Shown here in pieces: positions 56,149 to 64,000 of a stretch of DNA of 64,000 nt. A model generated the notes under the pieces. That model was not told the DNA's origin, did not search any database, and was given only the letters and a program-made list of their open reading frames with translations. Source of the DNA: Saprospira sp. CCB-QB6 (GTDB lineage Bacteria > Bacteroidota > Bacteroidia > Chitinophagales > Saprospiraceae). A program made the translations under genes and the position numbers. Positions within the stretch are counted from its first letter, which is position 1. Each line of letters starts with the position of its first letter. The DNA lies in assembly GCF_028464065.1 (NCBI RefSeq), contig NZ_CP116808.1, positions 1,199,886 to 1,263,885 of the forward strand, read 5' to 3'.

Positions 56149-56991
56149 CTGCAAGCGCTTTAAGGCCTTAGGCCGCAAGCGCCACAACTTGGCCCCCGAT
56201 AAAATTGAGCGCTCTGTAGTTAAATATAATTCCGCATCTGGCCCAAAACAAAGGGCCTCTTGCTGCCGCAAAGGCAGAGCTATGCGCTGCTCTAATGGAC
56301 CAAAACGGCCCCGCTCAAAAGAAAAGCGGTACAAATGCCGCATACTTAATAAATAAAGACTTTGCTCTTCTTCTCGATAAGCTGCGGCCGTAACCGATTG
56401 CCATAAACCGCCTCTTTTTAGCTGTACACTATCGCAGAGGCGGGCCGCTTGCGGCCCCGCCTCTTTGCCCAAGGCATAGAGATAATGCCAGCCATCATGC
56501 GGGCGATGGCGGTTTTTGGTCACTATATACAAGCTATCGCCTTGGGCAAAAAGGGCCTCGGCATCAAAGTGGCGCTGCCAAGGGGCGGCGGGAAAAGCAA
56601 TTTGCTCTGGATAATAAAAGCTAATTTTTTGAGGCTGAATTTCTTTTTGGTCCAAAGCCGATTTGGGGAAAAAATAGATGCAAAGATCTTTGCGCTGATT
56701 TAAATTATTGCCCATATCGGCCAAATAGATAAATGCGCTATCAGTAGAAAGCGCCTCCCAATCTACATTAGGTGCTAAAATGTTTATACTGCGCTGCAAA
56801 TGCCCTTTTTGGTCCAATACATAAAGTAAAGCGGGATTTCCACCATCATTATGGGTATAAAAACTGCCACTGCTGTCAATCCAAAGACCAGAACTTTCCG
56901 AAATAGGCAGGCGGCCCAAAGAGCTCAAGCGGCAAGCCGATAAACTTAGGCAAAGAAGCAAAATGCCAATACAACTTTTCATAGACAGCAA
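56143..56991 (-). CDS. Lipoprotein, hypothetical (possibly a beta-propeller fold)
   Basis: MLSMKSCIGILLLCLSLSAC lipobox, 282 aa. Confidence 0.65.
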   Translation of the reverse strand: MLSMKSCIGILLLCLSLSACRLSSLGRLPISESSGLWIDSSGSFYTHNDGGNPALLYVLDQKGHLQRSINILAPNVDWEALSTDSAFIYLADMGNNLNQRKDLCIYFFPKSALDQKEIQPQKISFYYPEQIAFPAAPWQRHFDAEALFAQGDSLYIVTKNRHRPHDGWHYLYALGKEAGPQAARLCDSVQLKRGGLWQSVTAAAYREEEQSLYLLSMRHLYRFSFERGRFGPLEQRIALPLRQQEALCFGPDAELYLTTERSILSGAKLWRLRPKALKRLQE

Positions 56992-56994
56992 TTT

Positions 56995-57232
56995 TTGCGG
57001 TGGACAGGCGGCGAAGCCGCCGCAGGCTGAGGGATGGGCAGCAGTGGCCGCAGGCCAGACCGAAGCCCGCAGGGCTGAAGGGCCGAGCGAATAGCGAGCT
57101 GCGAAACGTAGCGCCCGCCGAAGGCGGGAGGCCCCAAAACAGCAGCGAGCTGCGAAACGACAACAAGGCCTTTAGACCGCAGTTCGACGACCAAAGGGAG
57201 TAACCGCCGACGAGCAAAGCGAGACGGAGGCC
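56995..57232 (-). repeat. Composite GC-rich element (variant reverse core plus GTTACTCC module reverse)
   Basis: gcggtggacaggcggcgaagccgcc..., then cgcagttcgacgaccaaagggagtaacc. ORFs 56876-57247 are artefacts. Confidence 0.8.
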
Positions 57233-57274
57233 CAAATAAAAAGGCATCTAGCCTAAGCCAAATGCCTTTATCTC

Positions 57275-58417
57275 TTAATCGACAATCATGGTATTTTTAT
57301 CCAGTTCTTGTTGACGAATATTTTCGGGTAGTTCTAAATACTCATATTCCTGATTGCGCAATTGCGGGCGGAAACCTGCCTCGCGGATGGCGTCTTGAAT
57401 CCCTTGGGCCGTAAATCGGAAGGCAGCACCAGCGGCAGAAACCACATTTTCCTCAATCATAATGCTTCCAAAATCGTTGGCGCCAGCATGTAGACAAGCT
57501 TGGGCCACCTGTTTCCCTACGGTCAGCCAAGAAGCCTGAATATTGGTCACATTGGGCAACATAATGCGGCTGAGGGCAATCATGCGGATATATTCATCGC
57601 CGCTCACATCTCGGCGTTTGATTTTCAGGCGAGACAAAATCGTGTCTTCATCCATAAACGGCCAGGGAATAAAGGCCAAAAAGCCCTTGGCGTCCTTGGG
57701 TTTTTCGTTTTGCACCTCTCTCAACCAAACCAAATGCTCCATGCGCTCATAATTGGTCTCGATATGGCCAAACATCATGGTTCCGCTGGTCGTCAGATGC
57801 AGTTGATGAGCAGCCCGCATCACATCTAGCCACTCTTGGCCCCCGCATTTTCCTCGAGAAATACGGCGACGCACCCGATCATTGAGAATTTCGGCTCCAG
57901 CCCCAGGCAAAGAATCTAGGCCCGCTTCTTTGAGGCGGCTGAGCACCTCGGTATGCGAAAGCTGATCAATTTTGGCGATATGCGCGATTTCGGGCGGGCC
58001 CAAAGCATGCAATTTGAGGTTCGGATAAAGCGATTTAAGCTCCTTAAACAAGTCGCAATAGTAATCAATGCCCAAATCGGGATGGTGTCCACCTTGCAAA
58101 AGCAACTGCTGGCCGCCATACTCCATCAACTCATCAATTTTGCGCTTATAAGTATCTATAGAAGTAATATATGACTCCTCATGGCCAGGGCGGCGGAAGA
58201 AATTACAAAACTTACAGTTGGCAATACAGACATTGGTGGTATTCGAGTTGCGGTCGATAATCCAGGTCACCACATCATTAGGGACATGATGCTGCCGCAG
58301 GCGGTTGCCCACATACATCAACTCGGCGGTGCTTGCCTCTTCCAGCAAAAAAACACCCTCCTCAATACTGAGCTCTTCTAGTTGCAGGGCTCTATGCAAT
58401 AAATCGCTTACATTCAT
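57275..58417 (-). CDS. Radical SAM enzyme of the MqnC/MqnE (CofH-like, futalosine pathway) family
   Basis: CIANCKFC (CxxxCxxC). About 380 aa. Start trimmed to MNVSDLL. The longer N-terminus is possible but approaches the repeat. Confidence 0.75.
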   Translation of the reverse strand: MNVSDLLHRALQLEELSIEEGVFLLEEASTAELMYVGNRLRQHHVPNDVVTWIIDRNSNTTNVCIANCKFCNFFRRPGHEESYITSIDTYKRKIDELMEYGGQQLLLQGGHHPDLGIDYYCDLFKELKSLYPNLKLHALGPPEIAHIAKIDQLSHTEVLSRLKEAGLDSLPGAGAEILNDRVRRRISRGKCGGQEWLDVMRAAHQLHLTTSGTMMFGHIETNYERMEHLVWLREVQNEKPKDAKGFLAFIPWPFMDEDTILSRLKIKRRDVSGDEYIRMIALSRIMLPNVTNIQASWLTVGKQVAQACLHAGANDFGSIMIEENVVSAAGAAFRFTAQGIQDAIREAGFRPQLRNQEYEYLELPENIRQQELDKNTMIVD

Positions 58418-58513
58418 AGCTTTTTGTTTCCAGATTCTCTCTTTTAACAGCCCTTTGGGCCTATGGTTGCCGCAAAGATACAACTTTTTTCATCTGTTAT
58501 TGAAAGTAGGAAT

Positions 58514-58660
58514 ATTTTGGGGCTGCCCCTGCGGCCGTTGGCCTTGGGTCGGGCTGTCTCGCAGCTCGCTGTTCGCTCGGCCCTTCGCCGCCTATGGCGG
58601 CTCGGTCTGGCCTTCGGCCACTGCTGCCCATCCCTCAGCCAAGGCGCTGCGCGCCTTTCT
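58514..58660 (+). repeat. GC-rich interspersed element, variant A
   Basis: TTTTGGGGCTGCCCC..GGGTCGGGCTGTCTCGCAGCTCGCT..CGGCCC.. ORFs 58305-58836 are artefacts. Confidence 0.85.
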
Positions 58661-58865
58661 ATAGCTTGGAGCAAAGGGGTAGGGACAAAAAAATGAGCAG
58701 CTACTTTCCCCAAAGTAACTGCTCTGTAATCCCCATGATTTACCCCAAACTTAATTGAAGTTAGAGCAAGTATTTCCTTTTGCTCTATTGCAAATCTACG
58801 ATAAGCAATAATCAGTTTTCTAGGCCATTTAGGCAAAACTAGAAATTAGGTATTTCTCTTATAAT

Positions 58866-61800
58866 TTAATTTTGTGCTTCTAGCTTTTGTAGATAAGCCA
58901 CCACCTCCATGGCCATATTGTCCAACTCAGGTTGTACGGCCTCTACGGCATTGCGCTCTTCTAACCAAGCAAAATACTTCTGCTCAAACTCTCTCATCTC
59001 GTTAATATCCAGATAATAGAAGTTGATGTTAATATGCGCAGGCGCATTCACACTAAATACAGCATGCATAAGGTCTTGAAAGTCCTCATTTTGGAAACGA
59101 GAGGGCCAAGAGGGCAAAATGATACTCATATCTAATGAATAGAAGTCGTGGCGAACATCCAAATTGGGACGTTCTTCCAAAAAGAACTGAATGTTACTTT
59201 GCAAAGGAATAGCTCCAGACTTAAAGCTATACACATAGGCTACAATATCATCAATCTGTTCTTTGGCACCTTCTAGGGTATAGAAAATCTCTGGACAGCG
59301 AGCAATTTTATGATCATACTCCTTCAATACCACCTGATAACTTTCGCCATCTTCCAAGGTTTCTACAATGAAGTTCTCTTTTTTGCTGGCCAACAAATCT
59401 AGTTGATTACTCAAGTTGCGCTGCTCATCAAAAGCTCCAAATTCATAGCTTTCGAGCAAGGGGCGATCCTGATCATTAACCAAGCGGAAAGCGTGACGAT
59501 CTTGGGCCTGTGGACGAAGCAAAATATGCTCGACCACATGCATCCCCTCCGTTTGGTGGTTGATGCGAGCAAAGAATTTAATCAGCTTTTCCAACTCGAC
59601 CTGAGCCGCCAAAATGCTACTATATTCTCTAATCTTTACACAACCTAAATCGGGATTTCCCTTATAGTATACACTATACATTTCCTCCCCATCGCGATCT
59701 TCCAATAGGGCCAAATAATTATAGCTAAAAATACCATTGGCCAAAAGATCTTGCATGAGCTCATCCATGTCCTGCGCTCTAAAGATAAATTTAGAGCGGT
59801 AGTCTAGGGTTTCGGGCAATCGCTCAGGAGCGGGACCAGGATCTTCTCCTTTTTCAATTTTTTCCAAACGCTCTAGCTCTACATCTAAGTCCACATAGCC
59901 TTCAGGCAACATAGGTGATTCAATCTGTATCAAATCATGGAAGCTATCGATGCCATCTTCCAAAGGAATGTTTTCATCCTCCTCAAAAATGCGAACCAAT
60001 GACTCATTCCCCCCCTGATTGAGGTTGAGCAACAAACAAACCCGACGCTCTAAGCCAGCTACTTCCGTCTCTAGCAATTCCAACATCTTCTGGGTATATT
60101 TCAAATTGGTCTCTGAAATAGCCGCTGTCAAGGTTTCGGGCAAATCGAGATCTTTGAGCATTTTTTTCGTCTGCTCTTTGGCTACATCCTCTGGTTTGCG
60201 ATAGTTAATCGCCATAGAAAAAGCATCTTTCTGATGCTGACGAAGCGGATAGTTCTCCCGTAGCTGTTGATACTGCTTGCGAATCAAATCTCTTTCCGCC
60301 TCTTCTTTATATTGCTTAATGAGCGGCTCAAAAAGCTCTGCCCACTCTAACTCTTGCTCATAAATGACATTGTACAAGGCCATGTAATTAAAGCCACGAC
60401 TACGGTTGCGACTAATGTCTACATAGTTACGCAAAAACTCCAACTTGGCATTGACCAACTCATGCTCTGGACTCTTGGCCTCCCCTTCCGACATATCATA
60501 ACCCACATACTGACTCACCTTCAATAGAAAGTCCGTAGTGAAACGCTCCCCAAAACGAGCCAATAAATGGTCCAGCAAACGGTTGCGACGCTCCACAAAA
60601 GGATCAAATTCCTCTACCGTTTCCTCTAGCTTCTTTAACCTCGCCTCATTGTCTTTCCCCTTCAAGATGTATTGCATCTCAGGCATATTCTCTGGCAATT
60701 GCGAGAAATAACTGCGATCCAAATCGCTATCCAAAGAGAAAAACTTCTTCACATTGCCCAATTGGGCCAAGTAATTCGCCATCAACTGCTCAAAAAAGGA
60801 CAAATACCCTCTGAGCTGCTTAATCATGCCCAAACGCTCCCGAGTAGGACGCACACTATTGGGCAAGCCAAAAGGACTCAAACCATAAGTCGCCGGAAAA
60901 GTATTCTGTACCGAATAGTAACGCTTGATGTCCTCCTCTTTCAATACCGAGGGATAATCCTTCTCATTATAGAGCATCTTCATCTGATAGCCCTTCTTAT
61001 AACGAGCATAAAGCGAATACAACAACTGACTGGCCGTATTCAAATCCAAATCATAATTCAAGCTCCCTCGCTGAAAACGAATCGGATAAGCATCAGTTTT
61101 CCAACGTGCATCAATCGTGTCCATATCCAAAACGGGATAAGTCTTTTCGGCAATCCGAATGACATCTCCCTCCACAGGAAAACCATCTTTCTCTACCCGA
61201 AAATAATTGATGCGACGAACGCCCTCAATATCCGAGATGATTTCAATAATCTTCGAAATATAAACCTCCCGCTTCATGGCTTTGAGGTCCTCTTTTTTAA
61301 TGATACCATGCACCGGCACAGGACCATCAAAAATATCTTCGATCGCATAGCCCTCTTCCAAAAGCTCATCAATCGTATGATACTGAATGGAGGGCGTGAG
61401 ATGCTCCTCTAACTTAAAGAGAATTTCGGCCAACACTTCCTCCGCCACCACATCCGAACTAATGTCCAAATCAGTATAGATGATAATCTTGTCTACATCC
61501 AAGATCTCTATGGCCTCCAAATCCTCACAAAGATTGCGATGCGCCGCAAACAAAGCATATACTTCTCTCTTGATCTCTTTCATCCGCTGCGGATGACGAG
61601 CACTGTCGCTCACCTGCAACAAAATCCGATACAAGCCCTTAATCCCTTGCAAATGATCCCGTACAGGCTCTACCCAGGCATTTTTCACCCCATTCACCCG
61701 ATCAATAATCAAGCGGCGATAATCCTCTATCGTTACCGGATTGGTCGGCAATATCTCCGAAGCATCGTAAAAGGTGTTGTTCAAAGCCTTACGACGGCCC

Positions 61801-62036
61801 TTCCCTCTCGCATTCAATAAATCCTGAATGCTAAAATCCGTGCGAAAGCCCAAATCGGCCAATGCATAACAAAGTTGCTCCAAAATGGTCACCCCAGGGT
61901 CATGGGTGTTGTAATCGGTCCAAACTTTACCCGATAGTTCTTGCACCATCTGCAATCCCTCTTCCTTCAAAAAGAAGAAGTCCATACTCTTGTGCGGCGG
62001 GGTTTCGCGGAAAATCTGAATTGGTTTCTGCGCCAT
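58866..62036 (-). CDS. Large hypothetical protein (1056 aa), no recognisable domain
   Basis: Long ORF with uniform coding composition. Acidic, no TM helix or signal peptide. Confidence 0.8.
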   Translation of the reverse strand: MAQKPIQIFRETPPHKSMDFFFLKEEGLQMVQELSGKVWTDYNTHDPGVTILEQLCYALADLGFRTDFSIQDLLNARGKGRRKALNNTFYDASEILPTNPVTIEDYRRLIIDRVNGVKNAWVEPVRDHLQGIKGLYRILLQVSDSARHPQRMKEIKREVYALFAAHRNLCEDLEAIEILDVDKIIIYTDLDISSDVVAEEVLAEILFKLEEHLTPSIQYHTIDELLEEGYAIEDIFDGPVPVHGIIKKEDLKAMKREVYISKIIEIISDIEGVRRINYFRVEKDGFPVEGDVIRIAEKTYPVLDMDTIDARWKTDAYPIRFQRGSLNYDLDLNTASQLLYSLYARYKKGYQMKMLYNEKDYPSVLKEEDIKRYYSVQNTFPATYGLSPFGLPNSVRPTRERLGMIKQLRGYLSFFEQLMANYLAQLGNVKKFFSLDSDLDRSYFSQLPENMPEMQYILKGKDNEARLKKLEETVEEFDPFVERRNRLLDHLLARFGERFTTDFLLKVSQYVGYDMSEGEAKSPEHELVNAKLEFLRNYVDISRNRSRGFNYMALYNVIYEQELEWAELFEPLIKQYKEEAERDLIRKQYQQLRENYPLRQHQKDAFSMAINYRKPEDVAKEQTKKMLKDLDLPETLTAAISETNLKYTQKMLELLETEVAGLERRVCLLLNLNQGGNESLVRIFEEDENIPLEDGIDSFHDLIQIESPMLPEGYVDLDVELERLEKIEKGEDPGPAPERLPETLDYRSKFIFRAQDMDELMQDLLANGIFSYNYLALLEDRDGEEMYSVYYKGNPDLGCVKIREYSSILAAQVELEKLIKFFARINHQTEGMHVVEHILLRPQAQDRHAFRLVNDQDRPLLESYEFGAFDEQRNLSNQLDLLASKKENFIVETLEDGESYQVVLKEYDHKIARCPEIFYTLEGAKEQIDDIVAYVYSFKSGAIPLQSNIQFFLEERPNLDVRHDFYSLDMSIILPSWPSRFQNEDFQDLMHAVFSVNAPAHININFYYLDINEMREFEQKYFAWLEERNAVEAVQPELDNMAMEVVAYLQKLEAQN

Positions 62037-62116
62037 AGGTCTTATAAATCTGATAGGGCCTTGCCCTTGGGGTTCTGTTCCGTTCTAAAATATCTTGCGG
62101 TAGTGTGTGCTTGTCC

Positions 62117-62299
62117 TTATTTGTCCAATTGCTTGGGGGGCTCTTCTGCATGCATCTGGGCATTCGCCTGCTCATGAATCTTTCCGATCAACTCATAAAC
62201 TTCATTAAAGGGACGCTGCCCCAATGCCTGCAAAATCTTATTGATTTCTTGCATATCCAACTGCAAAAGCAAAGGTTTTTCTTCTTTTGTCTTGCCCAT
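62117..62299 (-). CDS. Small hypothetical protein (60 aa)
   Basis: Co-oriented ORF 80 bp upstream of the 1056-aa gene. Weak support. Confidence 0.3.
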   Translation of the reverse strand: MGKTKEEKPLLLQLDMQEINKILQALGQRPFNEVYELIGKIHEQANAQMHAEEPPKQLDK

Positions 62300-62402
62300 C
62301 GATCTTGTTTTTGTAAAAGCCTAGCGAATTTAAGAAAAAAAGCGCTTTGTGCCAATTTATACAAATTTGATTATAGAATTATAGAAGTACGGATTCTTTT
62401 TA

Positions 62403-62555
62403 TTTTGGGGCTGCCCCACCCTTCGGGCGGGTCGGGCTGTGTCGCAGCTCGCTACTCGCTCGGCCCTTCGGCGCTTGCAGCGCCTCGGTCTGGCCTACGC
62501 GCCCCCCCTGCCCATCCCTCAGCCAAGAAAAGCTGGCTGCGCCAGCCCCCAAAAC
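62403..62555 (+). repeat. GC-rich interspersed element, variant A
   Basis: TTTTGGGGCTGCCCCACCC..GGGTCGGGCTGTGTCGCAGCTCGCTACTCGCTCGGCCC.. ORF 62105-62698 is an artefact. Confidence 0.85.
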
Positions 62556-62609
62556 AAAAAAAAGCTCCAGTTGAATTAACTGGAGCTTTTGCGCAAATTA
62601 AGGCCTCGC

Positions 62610-63977
62610 CTATTCTGCATTGTTTATTTCCATGGCCCATTTGTCCCGATCATCAGGAGAAAAAGCCCAAGGCGCACCATTGTTTTCAATGGTGTTGAAC
62701 ATCCCGTTCCACTCTTCTGGAGAATCAGATTGCTCCAAAATTAAGTTGCGACGCAACTCTATAATAATATCTAATGGATTGATCAATACAGGACAAGCCT
62801 CTACACAAGCATTACAAGAGGTACAAGCCCGCAATTCTTCCGCACTGATGTAGTCAAATAGCGTTTTGCCATCATCATAATTGGCCGCCGTTAACTTAGA
62901 GGTTTCTGCCTTCTGCTCCTCATTGATGAACTCGGTCTTGTTGAGGTCCAAATTCTGCCCAACTTCATCAGCACGATCCCGAACGTCCATCATGATTTTA
63001 CGAGGCGATAATTTCTTGCCCGTCAAGTTAGCGGGACACATAGAAGTACAACGACCACATTCCGTACAAGTATAAGCACTCATGATCTGCTGACGCTTGA
63101 GATCAAAGACATCGCTTACCCCAAACTTGGGAATCTCCTCCGATACAGGCGCATCAAAGGCAGCGTTGGGATCCATCATAGAAGCTACTTCTTCTTGGAC
63201 CTCTTTCATGTTGGCCATTTCGCCCTTTTTGTTCAATCTGGCCCAAAAGGTATTCGGAAAAGCAAAGATGATGTGCAAATGCTTAGAATAAGGCAAATAA
63301 CCCAAAAAGACAAAGACCATCAAAATGTGCCCCCACCAGCCAATGCGCTCCAAAATGTGCAAGCTCTCATTGCTGATGCCCTCCCAAATGGGAGAAATCA
63401 ACCCACTGACCAAAAAGCCATACTCATTGCGATGAATCGCCATGTCTGTACTGTTCATCAAAAAGATGCAACAAACCAAAATGATCTCCGCAAAGAGGAT
63501 GAGGTTTGCATCTAGCTTGGGCCAACCGTTCATCTCCGATTTGACAAAACGAGGCAGCTTGAGCAAATTGCGTCTAGACAAAAAGGCAAAAGTAGCCACT
63601 AAAGCCATGACCGACAAAACCTCTATGAAACTGACCAAAAAGGTATAAAAGCCACGGAGGAAGTCGCTGCCTTCCCACCAAGCCCAAAACAAACGATGCT
63701 GGCCCGTTAAACCATCAATTACGATCTCAATCAACTCGATTTGCGTAACTAGAAAGGCAGCATACACACAAAGGTGTAGAAAAGCCGCCAAGGGCCGCTT
63801 GAACATTTTTTGCTGGCCCAAAGCCACCATGATGGTATTGCGCCAACGCTCTGGACTAGGCTGCGCTTCCTCATCTACTTTTCCCAGCTGTATGTTACGA
63901 ATAACAAAGCTGTACTTTTTGTAGGAAAAGGCCGCCGTCCCTAGCAATACTAGCGCAAAAAGGATAGGTCCTATCAT
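62610..63977 (-). CDS. Membrane-bound (Fe-S)-binding protein with two 4Fe-4S ferredoxin-type motifs (HdrD/GlpC-like)
   Basis: N-terminal roughly 250-aa multi-TM domain, then CTECGRCTSMCP and CTSCNACVEACP cluster motifs. Confidence 0.8.
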   Translation of the reverse strand: MIGPILFALVLLGTAAFSYKKYSFVIRNIQLGKVDEEAQPSPERWRNTIMVALGQQKMFKRPLAAFLHLCVYAAFLVTQIELIEIVIDGLTGQHRLFWAWWEGSDFLRGFYTFLVSFIEVLSVMALVATFAFLSRRNLLKLPRFVKSEMNGWPKLDANLILFAEIILVCCIFLMNSTDMAIHRNEYGFLVSGLISPIWEGISNESLHILERIGWWGHILMVFVFLGYLPYSKHLHIIFAFPNTFWARLNKKGEMANMKEVQEEVASMMDPNAAFDAPVSEEIPKFGVSDVFDLKRQQIMSAYTCTECGRCTSMCPANLTGKKLSPRKIMMDVRDRADEVGQNLDLNKTEFINEEQKAETSKLTAANYDDGKTLFDYISAEELRACTSCNACVEACPVLINPLDIIIELRRNLILEQSDSPEEWNGMFNTIENNGAPWAFSPDDRDKWAMEINNAE

Positions 63978-64000
63978 AATTAAATTGTATTTGAATTGAT

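Noticed and set aside
1-64000. Mobile genetic element, prophage or genomic island boundaries (integrase, transposase, att sites at tRNAs)
   Set aside because: No integrase, transposase, terminase, capsid or portal genes are recognisable. The tRNA pairs are not flanked by direct repeats or accessory cargo. The injection-system cluster has only tail-like modules, consistent with a domesticated eCIS rather than a prophage.

Overview
The sequence appears to come from a Bacteroidota genome. A Por/T9SS C-terminal sorting domain on a SprB-repeat adhesin, an HU with a lysine-rich tail and lipoprotein-rich content point that way; a Saprospiraceae-like origin is only a guess. Coding density is about 40-45% GC, but almost every intergenic gap holds a roughly 120-270 bp GC-rich modular repeat element. 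I count 22 copies in 64 kb, and they generate most of the short spurious ORFs in the six-frame track. Housekeeping genes are readable: hup, tsaE, a SulP permease, pdhA, ftsH, rsfS, birA, uvrC, a SpoU methyltransferase, a PfkB kinase, a radical-SAM MqnC/E-like gene, two tRNA-Gln and two tRNA-Asn. The main accessory feature is a roughly 14-20 kb co-directional minus-strand cluster (22184-35937, possibly extending to 41634) encoding a phage-tail-like contractile injection system of the eCIS/T6SSiv type. Its recognisable parts are a DUF4255-like cap, sheath, two T4-gp19-like tubes, an Afp5-like tube, a VgrG-like spike, PAAR, a gp25-like wedge and a 1256-aa baseplate protein. Upstream and co-oriented are two tandem paralogous membrane-anchored proteins with a degenerate GH18 (chitinase-like) motif. 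No AAA+ assembly/recycling ATPase, tape-measure protein or LysM hub is recognisable. Other notable items are a 1119-aa STAND-NTPase/TM/coiled-coil/WD40 protein, an RsbR-like globin-STAS gene in an operon with three tandem paralogous ~330-aa genes, an sbtA-sbtB-like pair, a 42-bp x7 tandem repeat array, and a 1056-aa orphan protein. No transposase, integrase or CRISPR array was seen.
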